DNA of 64,000 nt from an uncultured Gemmatimonadales bacterium (GTDB lineage: Bacteria > Gemmatimonadota > Gemmatimonadetes > Longimicrobiales > RSA9), in the NCBI GenBank assembly GCA_963798085.1, contig CAWCRS010000001.1, positions 1 to 64,000 on the forward strand, given 5' to 3'. This document shows, piece by piece, positions 30,879 to 41,200 of this stretch (within the stretch, counting starts at the first letter, position 1; the number at the start of each line of letters is the position of its first letter). Below the pieces are notes generated by a model. The model saw only the letters and a list, made by a program, of their open reading frames with translations, ran no database searches and was not told the origin of the DNA. A program made the position numbers and the translations under genes.

Positions 30879-31805
30879 CTAACGGGAGAGGCGGCGGCGG
30901 ATGGCGGTGAAGGCCTGACGCGCGAAACTCTTCACTTCCTCCGCGTAACCGCCGCTGGGATGGCCGGCCAGCGTTTCGTACCCGAGCGCGCGCAGCACGT
31001 CGCCGGCGCGCTTTTCGAACGAGAGCCGCAGGCCGGGCGACATCTCGCGTTTCCACGCGGCCACGCGATCCTTCTGCGGCGGCTCGCCAATGAGTGGCCA
31101 AATGTGGCGCTTGGAGTCGGGAATCGATTCCGCGGTGCGGCAATGATACTGCAGCATGGCGGGGTCGAAGGGCACGCCCACGAAGGCGCACACCCGGCGC
31201 AGCACGGGTTCGGGAGTCTCGACCAGCCGCTCGTACAGAATCTCGCAGTAGCGGTCGGGTCCCAGCAGCTCGCCCATGGAGCGGACCCACCACACCTGTT
31301 CGCGCCACGCGGTGGCGCAGGGCAGCACGTCGTCGAAGCCGAATTCCTTCTGCTTCTTCTGTGACATGCAGGCGTCGCGGCCATCCCGGATGATGTGGAT
31401 GATGCGGCACCCCGGGAACCAGCGGTTCAGCTGCGGGATGCGCGTCATGTTGCCGGGCTCCTTGTCGGCCCATATCGGCTTGCCGCGCGCCTGCGCGTAG
31501 GCCCGGTAGAACGCTTCGATAACACCGGGATAGCCGGGTCGCTGCCACAGTTCGAGTATGCAGCCGGCCGTGAGCGGCGTCTGCCAGAGCGTGATGCGTT
31601 CTTCCTGCAGCAGATCGTCCACCAGCCGCCCGCGGTTCGCGGACTGCGTCAGATCACCATAATCGCCCAGCTTCTGCGCGTAGCGATCCCACAGGCCCGT
31701 CGTATCCAGCGGAATCGCGATCAGCGGGTGACTGTCCAGCATCATGCGCAGGAGCGTGGTGCCACTGCGCTGGAAGCCGACCAGGAAGAATGGCGGAACG
31801 TCCAT
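30879..31805 (-). CDS. sulfotransferase family protein
   Basis: FFLVGFQRSGTTLL 5'-PAPS loop, WADKEP, IIRDGRD…S, YERLVETPE. Confidence 0.92.
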   Translation of the reverse strand: MDVPPFFLVGFQRSGTTLLRMMLDSHPLIAIPLDTTGLWDRYAQKLGDYGDLTQSANRGRLVDDLLQEERITLWQTPLTAGCILELWQRPGYPGVIEAFYRAYAQARGKPIWADKEPGNMTRIPQLNRWFPGCRIIHIIRDGRDACMSQKKQKEFGFDDVLPCATAWREQVWWVRSMGELLGPDRYCEILYERLVETPEPVLRRVCAFVGVPFDPAMLQYHCRTAESIPDSKRHIWPLIGEPPQKDRVAAWKREMSPGLRLSFEKRAGDVLRALGYETLAGHPSGGYAEEVKSFARQAFTAIRRRLSR

Positions 31806-31810
31806 GCGTG

Positions 31811-33321
31811 CTATGCCCGGCCGCGCATTTCGCGCACGAGGTTCACGGTCTTCATGATGCGCGGGCGGTAGGTGGAGAGCATGAAGCCGGCATAGACGGC
31901 CGCGCCAAGCGCGGCTTCGAAGCCCAGCCTGACGAGCCGGATCTGCGGCTGCGGCAGGAACGCACGCTCGAGCAGAATCGCGGCGGCCATTACGATCGAT
32001 CCCAGCGTGGCGGGCCACAGTGCGCCCAGGTACTCACCCAGCGCCATGCCCGTGATGTCGAGGGCGACGAACAGGCCGGGCAGAATCACCAGCGTGTAGC
32101 CGACCAGCCAGGCGACGCCCACACCGAGCGTGCCGAACCAGTGCGCCCCGATCCAGAACGCCGGCGGCAGCACGGCGAGTGCGAGCAGCGCGAAGCGCAT
32201 CTGCTCGCGGGAGCGGCCGGTGTAGTTGAGCAATTGCGGAAACAGCGTGCTGATCGAGCGGACTGCAGCGCTGAGTGCCAGCAGTCGCAGCGGCACAATT
32301 GCGCCTCGCCATTTCTCGCCCAGTGCAGCCAGCACGAAATCCTCGGCGACCAGCGCAATGCCCACCGCGAGCGGGAACGTCAGAAACGCGAGCCCCTCGC
32401 TCAGCCGCAGCAGATAGCGGCGCAGCGCAGCCTTGTCATGCTTGACCTTGGAGAACACGGACGGCGTGACCTGCCCAACCATCGCACTGATGCGGTTCAC
32501 CGGAATGCTGGCGAGGCTCCAGCCGAACGTGTACGCACCCAGCACCGCCTTGCCGAGCGACCGGCCGACGACGGCAAAGTCCGCGTTGCTGTACAGGTAC
32601 CAGCTGATGCGCGACACGACAATGTGTCCGCCGAATTTCACGGTGTGCGAAATGGTGCGCAGATCGGAGGGCCACCGCAGCACGTGGGCTCGCCAGAACA
32701 GTGCCAGCAGTGTGCCGGCCAGGCTGCCCGCGATCGCGCCCCACACGAGCGACCAGTAGCGATAACCGAGAAACGCGAGCGTCAGCGTGACAATGGTGGT
32801 GACGATGGCTTCGCAGACGTCGACTGCGGCCACGCGTTTGAACTGGAAATCGCGCACCATGAGCGAGCGCGGCACTACGCGGAAGCCCATGGTGACGAAG
32901 GTGACACCGAGAATGCCGATGATCGGGCGCACACCGGGCTCGCCGAAAACCCAGGAAACCGGAACCGCCGCGATCCAGGACAGGCCCCATATGCCGAGGC
33001 CCATGAGAATCGAAACGCCACCCAGCTGCGCGATCTGCTCGCGGCGCAGGGCATGGTCGTGAATGATCGAGGCGCCCAGACCGAACTCGCTCACCATCTG
33101 CACGAAGCCGAGATACAGCTGCGCCATCCCCATCAGGCCGAAGTCGGCCGGCGTCAGGATGCGCGCGATGATCAGCGTGGAGGCCCACGTCAGGATCTGC
33201 GTGGCCCACTTCATCCCCCCGTCCAGGCAACACCGTGGACGATGGAGCGATCGAGCTTCCGTTGTGAGTCGATGGACGTCTCGGGAGGCGGGAGCGTCGG
33301 TGGTACCGTTTCCGTCGTCAA
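31811..33321 (-). CDS. wzx: Wzx/WzxC-type polysaccharide flippase (frameshift in the G-run near 33217)
   Basis: IARILTPADFGLMG, SEFGLG, LGYRYWSLVWG, NADFAVVGR. The N-terminal LDRSIVHGVAWTGG is in the adjacent frame, from TTG 33321 with RBS GGAGG. Confidence 0.9.
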
Positions 33322-33540
33322 GCAGCCTCCACCAGGGTTTCCTCAAGCCGTGTGATGCGCGGACTCAAGCAAGAGCAGTACCAGCCCGGGCAGTCCAGGC
33401 GACCCCATGACAGGCCGGTCATTCTGCCGTCCGCGATTCCCAAAGTCCAGTGCTGGCAGGCATTTGCCGGGCTTGCACCACGGTCGGTCGCGCGTGTTGC
33501 CGCCGCACCGAGCGTCGCGGCCGCAACGGCTGCACACGGC

Positions 33541-34221
33541 TCAGTGCGCGTACCACGCCACGAAATTGACGGCCATGTGCGACAACGTCACGTACGCGAT
33601 GCTACCCGTCCATTGCCGGGACAGTCCGGTCAGCACGAAGCCGGCCGCTGTGTAGCCCAGCTGGAAGACGAGCCATCCGGTGGACATGCTGCTCAGCAGG
33701 TTGGGCAGGTGCCACGTCGCGAAGCACACGGCGCCGGCGAGGAGTGCGCGTCGGACGCGCAGCCGGGGCAGAACGTATGCGGGGAAGGCGACCTCCAGCC
33801 GGCCATACACGAAGCCCATGAACACCAGGTCCTGCGCCAGAGGCGAGAGCAGCCACATCTCCGCGCTGGCCCCCGCGAACGGTCGTTCGTGCAGCTGCGG
33901 ATACACGAGCGCGGCCAGCAGCACAGGCAGACCACAGACGAGCAGCACGCCCTTCCAGTGCGCGCGGATGCTGCCGATGCGCAGACCCTGGCGGCGGGGC
34001 GCCGGCAGCGTGAGAGCCAGTCCGAGCGCGAGCAGGACGAGCGAGTGCAGCGTCGCATGACGGAGGGGCAGGACCTGCCGCAGTGCAGGACCCAGCGTGC
34101 GGACCGGCCATTCCCACTGCACTGCGACAATGGCGATGACCGTGGCAGCAAGCGCCAGCGCCAGCGCGGTGCCGCGTTGCGCGGGCTCGGGTGCTGCGGC
34201 TGCGACGGGATCGGGGCTCAC
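33541..34221 (-). CDS. CPBP/Abi (CAAX protease-like) membrane protein with degenerate motif 1
   Basis: TM helices, PLAQDLVFMG (normally PxxEExxFRG), FATWH, TGSI…HMAVN; GTGA overlap with the upstream gene. Confidence 0.72.
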   Translation of the reverse strand: MSPDPVAAAAPEPAQRGTALALALAATVIAIVAVQWEWPVRTLGPALRQVLPLRHATLHSLVLLALGLALTLPAPRRQGLRIGSIRAHWKGVLLVCGLPVLLAALVYPQLHERPFAGASAEMWLLSPLAQDLVFMGFVYGRLEVAFPAYVLPRLRVRRALLAGAVCFATWHLPNLLSSMSTGWLVFQLGYTAAGFVLTGLSRQWTGSIAYVTLSHMAVNFVAWYAH

Positions 34222-35455
34222 GAGTTGCCGCGTGCGACCGTCGCCCTTGCGAACGCTTCGCGATGGGCCGGCGTCAGCGCATTCATCTCGAACACACTGA
34301 CGCCCGCGGCGCCGGCCTGACGGGCAATACCAATGGCGCTGGCGAGCTGATCGGGATTCAGATCCGGCAGGTAGAGCCCCGCGTGCAAGGGCGTGTCCTG
34401 CGACAGCGCGGCGACGCCTTCCTTCACGCCCGTGCCGATCCAGTCCAGGCCTTCGTTGTAGAAGCCGTGGTACAGCATGGGAAACACCGTGTCGACCGGC
34501 CACTGCTCCCACGCCTGGCGCACCAGCTGGCGCGCGATGGTGGGCGTGGGAAATACGGCGGCGCTGATGGGCTTGCTGCGCGCGTGCACGGCCTCGGCCA
34601 GCACGCGCACGAGACCGGTTACGCTGTTCCAGCGGAACTCACGCCAGTCGGCATCCGCGGTGGGATCGGCCAGCTTCAGCGGATCACGACCAGTCTGTGC
34701 GCGGAATGCAGCGCGGCAAACAGCGCAGTAGCAGAAGTCGAACTGCGGGTACTCCCGATCCTGCACGAGGTTGTACTTCGGCCACAGCCCGACGGGAAGG
34801 ATGACGTCGGAGTGTCGGACGTAATCGAGATGCACGCCATCCACCGCCGCATCGCGCGCCAGTGCGTCCACCACGCCGCGCAGGTACGCGCGCACTTCTG
34901 GCCGTGTCGGGCAGAGCCACTGGTAGTAGCTCACATAAGGCGGTTTCGTCAGGCTGGACTCGCCGCTGCGGCTGATGGTGAACCACTCCGGATGCTGCTG
35001 TTTCACCAGCGCGTCACCGCTGCGGTTCAGCGTCCAGATCCAGCGGTGGAACTGGAGCCCCGCGGCGCGCGCGGCGGCGGACAGAACGGCGATGTCGCCA
35101 TCCGCGACGAGCACGCCACCGACGCCAATGGCGCGCAGCTGCGCGAACCGGTCCTGCCACTCGGCCGCACTGCGCTGCCCACCCGCGCGCACCCACGTCC
35201 AGTGGTGCGGCAGCGCAAGGCGGGGCGTGTCGTCTGTACCTGAGGTGTGCGGCCCCGGTTGTGTGCGCCGTCGGGAGCGCGGGCGAGCACGCGCAGCCCG
35301 GGCCCGGGGCACCCGTCGGTCGAGCAGGGATCGCCCCGCCGTGTGACTAACAGCGCGCTTGCAGCACTGGCGAGGAAGGCGCGGCGCGAGAACTTCGCCA
35401 AACCGTCAGTGACGGTTTGCGGGTAACGATCCGTGTCTGCCGACATGGGCGTCAT
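34218..35455 (-). CDS. Tat-exported GHL10/DUF187-like glycoside hydrolase (frameshift near 35335)
   Basis: FSRRAFL twin-arginine signal; AGLQFHRW, HPEW, WLCP, VDGVHLDYVRH, SAAVFP, RQAW, FPMLY. Confidence 0.82.
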
Positions 35456-35520
35456 CGCCTGCCTCCACGATCGCGGGGCGGTACGCCGAATGGCCGGGTC
35501 GCGCGGGCGGTCGCCATTCG

Positions 35521-36618
35521 CTACCGCGCGCGCGTCGTGCGCCAAATGCGGCCATCATCGCGGATGTGCCAGGTGCTGCCGGCAGCCAGCCCGGCCGCGC
35601 GTGCGACGAAGAAGTCGCTGCCCGCCTGAATCTCGAAAGCGCGCGGTGCTTTCCAGTCACCACCGTCGAGACCCAGCGCAGCCAGGTCTGTGGTGTAACC
35701 ATCGTGTTCGCGAAACCACGCGTACTCGGCCAGATACACGCGGCGCAGCGCGCGGCGCACCGCTTCATCGGGCGGCGGCGTCCAGGCGACGGCGGGGCTG
35801 CCCGCTGTCGCAGCGCTGAACTGCACGATGCCCCAGAGCTCGGGACGGTGCATGTCGATCACGCCCTGCGGCGACCACACCCAGTTGTGTTCGGGCAGGG
35901 CCTTGCCGGTGCGTGCATCCGTACGCTTCGCGTAGCCGCTGGCGCGTACATCGACATCCCATTCGACGCGCGAGAAGTTGATGCGCCAGTACTCGCCGGC
36001 TCGCGGTGCACGGCGCTCCGGCGCCGCTTCGGAGAGCGCACTCCACGGCAGCGCCAGCTCGACGGTCCAGCCACGATCGCGATCACCGGGCCTGTTCAGC
36101 GTGCCCTGCACGCGCACCGCAGAACGCAGTCCCGCAATGTCCCACCCGTGCAGCGGCGGTCCACCATCGCGATACGGCTTGACCAGAAAGAGATCCCACA
36201 CTGTGCCCAGCGCGTTGATCTCCAGCTCGTAGTAGTCGTGCGTGTCCGCGTCGGGATCGATGAACAACTCGAAGTCGTTGTCCTGGAAGATCACCGCATC
36301 GCGCTGCGTCAGTGTGCCCCACACATCAGGCTCTTCCAGCTCACCCGCGACGTAGAGGTAGCGATCGTCCCATAACAGCTTCATGCGCGTGCGCAGAGGC
36401 GGCCGCGGCTGCGCACTCCCTTCAATGTCCACGAACGACTCGGACCACGCCGCCGCCTGCCATGCCGCATCGTCGAGGCTGCCATCAATGCTGGGCGGAT
36501 TCACGGCGCGTGTGCAGACATAATGGAGCGGCTCCGTGGCCTGGGCCGGCGCGGGCGGTCGCGCGGTGCCGGGCGCCTGGGCCAGCACCATGGTCAGAAG
36601 GAGCAGCGGGGCAGGCAT
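35521..36618 (-). CDS. secreted CBM9-like (carbohydrate-binding family 9-like) protein
   Basis: PSIDGSLDDAAWQAA, LLWDDRYLY, DNDFELFIDP, YYELEINALG, WTVELALPW, WRINFSR, WVWSPQG. Confidence 0.85.
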   Translation of the reverse strand: MPAPLLLLTMVLAQAPGTARPPAPAQATEPLHYVCTRAVNPPSIDGSLDDAAWQAAAWSESFVDIEGSAQPRPPLRTRMKLLWDDRYLYVAGELEEPDVWGTLTQRDAVIFQDNDFELFIDPDADTHDYYELEINALGTVWDLFLVKPYRDGGPPLHGWDIAGLRSAVRVQGTLNRPGDRDRGWTVELALPWSALSEAAPERRAPRAGEYWRINFSRVEWDVDVRASGYAKRTDARTGKALPEHNWVWSPQGVIDMHRPELWGIVQFSAATAGSPAVAWTPPPDEAVRRALRRVYLAEYAWFREHDGYTTDLAALGLDGGDWKAPRAFEIQAGSDFFVARAAGLAAGSTWHIRDDGRIWRTTRAR

Positions 36619-36666
36619 GTCGCCAAAGTTTACGCGCACTGGCAGATAGCGCCAGTTGCAATGCCG

Positions 36667-36921
36667 GCGTACGGACACGTCCTGGCGTTCTTTCCTTTCG
36701 GCCGGGACGCGCAGGGGTGCACAGCGTACGGACCATCTTGGCATTCTTTCCTTCTGGCCGGGACCCAGGGGTGCACAGCTTACGGACCGTCTGCATTCTT
36801 TCCTTCTGGCCGGGACCCGCATGGGCGTGACCCAGGCGCGCAGGAAAACGGGGCGATCATTTGCAGGGGGGCTTCTGGCATGGCTGATTGTGGCGGAACC
36901 CAAGAATGCCAGGACGGTCCG
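36667..36921. repeat. MITE/REP-like element copy 1 preceded by two tandem copies of its left end
   Basis: Units GC(G/T)TACGGAC…TTCTTTCCTT…GGCCGGGAC start at 36667, 36724 and 36778; right inverted end AAGAATGCCAGGACGGTCCG at 36902-36921. Confidence 0.8.
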
Positions 36922-36982
36922 AGGCTGTATATCGCCAACGGGCGTCCACCGGAACCCTCGCTCCGCACGCGTGCGTTCCACG

Positions 36983-38047
36983 TCAGTGCCTGGCGCGATG
37001 CGGGTGCGCCTTGCCCGCCGCAACAGCGGCCGGGAGCGGTTGGCCGCGAAGCGTGCCGAGGTCGTCCCAGTCGGGCACCACGGCAACCAGTCCGTAGTCA
37101 GGCAGTGTGGTGTGGTATCCGGCCGTCAGCTGCAGGTGATAACGCTTCAGGTAGAAGTCGAAGCCATCGGCGGGGTCGGCGTCAATGGCCTGCAGCTCGG
37201 CCTGCACCATGTAGAGCTTGCCGAAGCGCAGCGTGCCGCCGCGCAATAACACGTAATTACGCGCGGCAACCGGGAGCGGCGGATCCGGAACAGCGGGCGC
37301 GTCCGGCGCGCCGAAGACCTGAAGCACTTCGTCGCCTTCGATCCGTACCTCCGTCAAGCGGCCGTGCAGCACAGGCGGCGGCAGGAACTGCGTTGGATCC
37401 AGCAGGATGTCGTTGCCATCCAGGCTGGCACCGGGCGCGTGGCGCAGGTCGACCAGGCTGGCCAGGTGGAGGCCCAGCCGCCGCAGCAGTCCGTCGCTGT
37501 CAATGCCGAGAATGCGGATGTCCGTGGGATGCGCGCGGATGCGGCCATCATTGCTAACACCAAGTTGTGCAGAAATGCGGAAACGCAGGTTCACCACCTT
37601 GTGCAGGCTGCCCGTCTGGACGATGTGGTCGCCTTGGATCCGCACCTTCAGGTGGCGCAGCGGGGCGCCTGGGTAACCGAAGGCGTAGCGGTTGAGCAAC
37701 CGTGTCAGGTCGTCTGCGGTCAGACCGATCTCTCCCAATGTGATGTCCAGCTCCATGTGCGCGGGATCATCGAGTGCCACAATGTGGCGGCCGGTGAGAT
37801 CACGCACGTGGCCCTGCAGGCGGTGCACGTGCAGGCGAGTCTCGTCGTCGATGCGGAACAGGACGTTGCGCATGGCGATCGCCACGACCGTGTCGCGCGC
37901 GGACGCCTCGGCCGGAGACGTGACGGGCGCAGGCAGCGGCGCGATCGGTTGGGACCGGTCATGCGTGCCTGCCGGGCGGCCCCCGTCGCAGCCGCCCATG
38001 TTCAGCGACAGCGCGCACAAGGCCAGAGTCCCGCCCCGGAACCTCAT
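36983..38047 (-). CDS. uncharacterised exported (possibly lipo-) protein
   Basis: ~354-codon ORF with genome-typical codon use; N-terminal hydrophobic stretch ending GGC; beta-rich body; no family recognised with confidence. Confidence 0.75.
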   Translation of the reverse strand: MRFRGGTLALCALSLNMGGCDGGRPAGTHDRSQPIAPLPAPVTSPAEASARDTVVAIAMRNVLFRIDDETRLHVHRLQGHVRDLTGRHIVALDDPAHMELDITLGEIGLTADDLTRLLNRYAFGYPGAPLRHLKVRIQGDHIVQTGSLHKVVNLRFRISAQLGVSNDGRIRAHPTDIRILGIDSDGLLRRLGLHLASLVDLRHAPGASLDGNDILLDPTQFLPPPVLHGRLTEVRIEGDEVLQVFGAPDAPAVPDPPLPVAARNYVLLRGGTLRFGKLYMVQAELQAIDADPADGFDFYLKRYHLQLTAGYHTTLPDYGLVAVVPDWDDLGTLRGQPLPAAVAAGKAHPHRARH

Positions 38048-38099
38048 GCCTTGCGCAGGGCGCAACTATCGGACCGCTCAGCGTCCTTCGTTGTCGCGT

Positions 38100-38242
38100 A
38101 CGGACCGTCTTGGCGTTCTTTCCTTTCAGCCGCTCCGGGCATGCGTGAGGCCCGCACACGCATGAAAACGGGGCACCCATGCGTGCGTGGGTATGCGGCA
38201 TGGCAGGGCGTGGCGCAACCCAAGAATGCCAAGACGGTCCGT
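38100..38242. repeat. MITE/REP-like element copy 2 (143 bp, 21-bp terminal inverted repeats)
   Basis: ACGGACCGTCTTGGCGTTCTT (38100-38120) … AAGAATGCCAAGACGGTCCGT (38222-38242), 1 mismatch; internal motifs shared with copy 1. Confidence 0.82.
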
Positions 38243-38245
38243 GAA

Positions 38246-41200
38246 CTATGAAATCGGCCGCCCCGCTTTCGTCACCACGAACGGGACCCCCAGGCGCTGG
38301 GCCAGCGCATTGATGGACGCGAGATCGGTGGTGATCAGTGTCTGGAGCTGCGCCAGATCGACCTGCAGCTCCTGCTGCTGCTCGACCCACACCTGGCGCA
38401 TGCCCTGCGTGGGCGCGCCGTCGCCATCGGTGACCCAGTTGTAAAGGGGTGTCAGACGGGAATAGAGCTGCGAGCCTTTCGCCAGGATATCGTACGTCAC
38501 GGTGGCATCGGGGTTGTGCATCCGTTTTTCCAATGAATCGAGGCGGGCGATGAGCGTGTCCGCGCGGGCGCGCAGCGGCGCCGCGTCGGCGCGGTCCTTC
38601 ACGGCCGCACTGCGGTCGCGCAGCTGCTGGCGGATGTCTTTCACCTGCGCCACCGCATCGGCCAGCTGATCCAGCGCGGCTTTCAGTTCACGGCCCAGCG
38701 CCTGCTGCGCCGCGCGGTCCGCATCGCTCGCGCTCACGCGCGGATCGGCGCGTACCACGAGCTGCGCCGTCATGCTCGTGCCCGCGACCGTGAGCCGCAG
38801 TGTGTACGTGCCGGGCGGCGCCCATGGCCCCACAGCCGGATCGCCGGTATCGATCATCGCATTGTGGATGCGCTGCGCGCCTTCGAGCCGCAGGTCCCAC
38901 ACCGCGCGCTGGATGCGCGCCGAGTCCGTCTTCAGGTCCGGCTTCGGTTCTTCTTCATCCTCGGAATGGCCATCCTTCGGTTTCGCGACGCTGCTCAGTC
39001 TGCGTACGACGCTGCCCTGCGCATCCAGCACCTCGAGCGTGACTTCGCCCGCCGGCTTCGACTTCAGCCAGTAATTGACGATCGCGCCGGCCGGCGGATT
39101 GTCGCCGGCCGGCTTCTCTCCGGTGCCACCCGCCAGCCGCCATTCGATCGCAGGCTGCGGCGGAAACAGGAACATGTCGTTAGCAGCCAGCGAGTCGCTC
39201 CACATGCGCACGGGCGTGAGGTCATCGAGGATCCAGATGCCGCGGCCGTGCGTCGCCAGCACGAGATCGTTGTCCTTCACGACCAGGTCGTGCACGGCCA
39301 CAGTCGGCAGATTGAGTTTGAGCGGCCGCCACGTGCGGCCCTCATCGGCCGAGTACATCACGCCGCGCTCCGTCCCCAGGTACAGTATGCCTCGCCGCGT
39401 CGGGTCGGCGCGCAGTGCGTGCAGGTACACGTCCTGCGGCAGCCCGCCGTCGAGACGCGTGAACGACTTCCCGTAATCCGTGGTGCGATAGAGCCAGGGG
39501 TGCATGTCGTCGAGCCGGTGCGCGTCCACGACGATGTACGCGGTGCCCGCATCGAAAGGCGATGCCTCGATCAGACTGACCGTACCCCACTCCGGAAAAC
39601 CGGGCATGGCCTTCGTGACGTCGGTCCAGGTGCCGCCGCCGTCGCGTGTGATGTGCACGAGGCCGTCGTCGCTGCCCGCCCAGATGAGTCCCGCCTGCAG
39701 TGGCGACTCGGCGACGGCGAAGATGGTGCCGTAGTACTCGACGCCGGTGTTGTCGCCATTGATGGGGCCACCCGACCATTTCTGCTTCGACTTGTCGTTG
39801 CGCGTGAGATCCGGACTGATGGCCTGCCACGTCTGTCCGCCATCGCGCGTGCGGAACAGCACATTGGCCGCGTGATAGATGACGTTCGGATCATGCGGCG
39901 AGGCGGCAATGGGGGCGGTCCACTGAAAGCGGTACTTCGCGTCGATGTCGCCGTGGCCGCTGGGATTCTCGGGCCAGGCGCTGATGTTGCGCGCACTGCC
40001 GGTCTGGCCATCCCAGCGCGTGATGATGCCCAGGTACTCGCCCGCAAACACGATGTTGGGATCGTCCGTGCGCGACACCACGAAGCCCGCCTCGCCGCCA
40101 CCCACATCGTGCCAGTCGCCGGCCGTGATGCCGCCGCCCTTCAGGCTGTTGCTGGGTCCCTGTGCCGTGCCAATGTCCTGTTGCGCGCCCTGCACGTCGT
40201 AGGGCACACGGGAGTCCGTCGCCACGTGATAGAGCTGGCCCAGCGGCATGGGCGGCCAGTACCAGGACTCGCCGCCATCCACGCTGATGCTGACGCCACC
40301 GTCGTGGCCCACGATGATGCGCCTGGGATTATCGGGATCGATCCAGGCGTCGTGATTGTCGCCGTGCGGCGCTTCCTTCACGATGGTGAGCGTGCGCCCG
40401 CCGTCGATCGTGTGCACCAGCGGCACCTGCGGGAACCAGACTTCGTCCGCGTTCTGCGGGTTCACGGTCAGCGAGGCGTAATACCACGTGCGCTGCGTCA
40501 GCAGGTGCGAGGGACTGATGCGGTTCCAGCTGTCGCCGCCATCGTCGGAGCGGAACAGTCCGCCACTGTCTGCCTCGATGATCGCGTAGACGCGGCGGCC
40601 GTCGGACGGCGCCACGGCCACGCCGCTCCGGCCCCACACGCCGGCCGGCAGGCCCTTGCCCGTCAACTGCGTCCAGGTGTCGCCCGCATCGCGTGACATC
40701 CAGAGCCCGCTGCCCGGCCCGCCGTCCACCAGCTCCCAGGGCCGGCGCCGGGTCTGCCACAGCGTCGCAAATACGATGTTAGGATTGGACGGATCGAGGG
40801 CGACGTCGGCTGCGCCCGTGTCCGGGTCCTTCTCCAGGACCTGCTGCCAGGTCCGGCCGCCGTCGATGGTGCGATACACGCCGCGCTCCGGATTGGGGCC
40901 GAAGGCGTGACCCAGCACCGCGGCAAACGCCGTGTTGGCATCGCGCGGGTGCACCACGATGCGGCCGATCTGGCCTTCCTGCGTCCACACGTGCGTCCAG
41001 GTCTTGCCCGCATCCAGCGACCGGTAAATGCCATTCCCTGCCGCCACATTCCCGCGAATGTTGGCCTCGCCCGACCCGACGTAGATGACGTTCGGGTCGG
41101 ACGGCGCGACGGCGATCGCGCCAATGGACGAGATGGGCTGGTCGTCGAAGATCGGTTTCCAGGTGAGCCCGCCGTCCTGTGAGCGCCACACGCCGCCCGA

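Noticed and set aside
36667..36820. Three ~55-bp periodic repeats resembling a mini CRISPR array
   Set aside because: The units are similar along their whole length with no unique spacers, no cas genes are present, and the unit is the left end of an inverted-repeat element.
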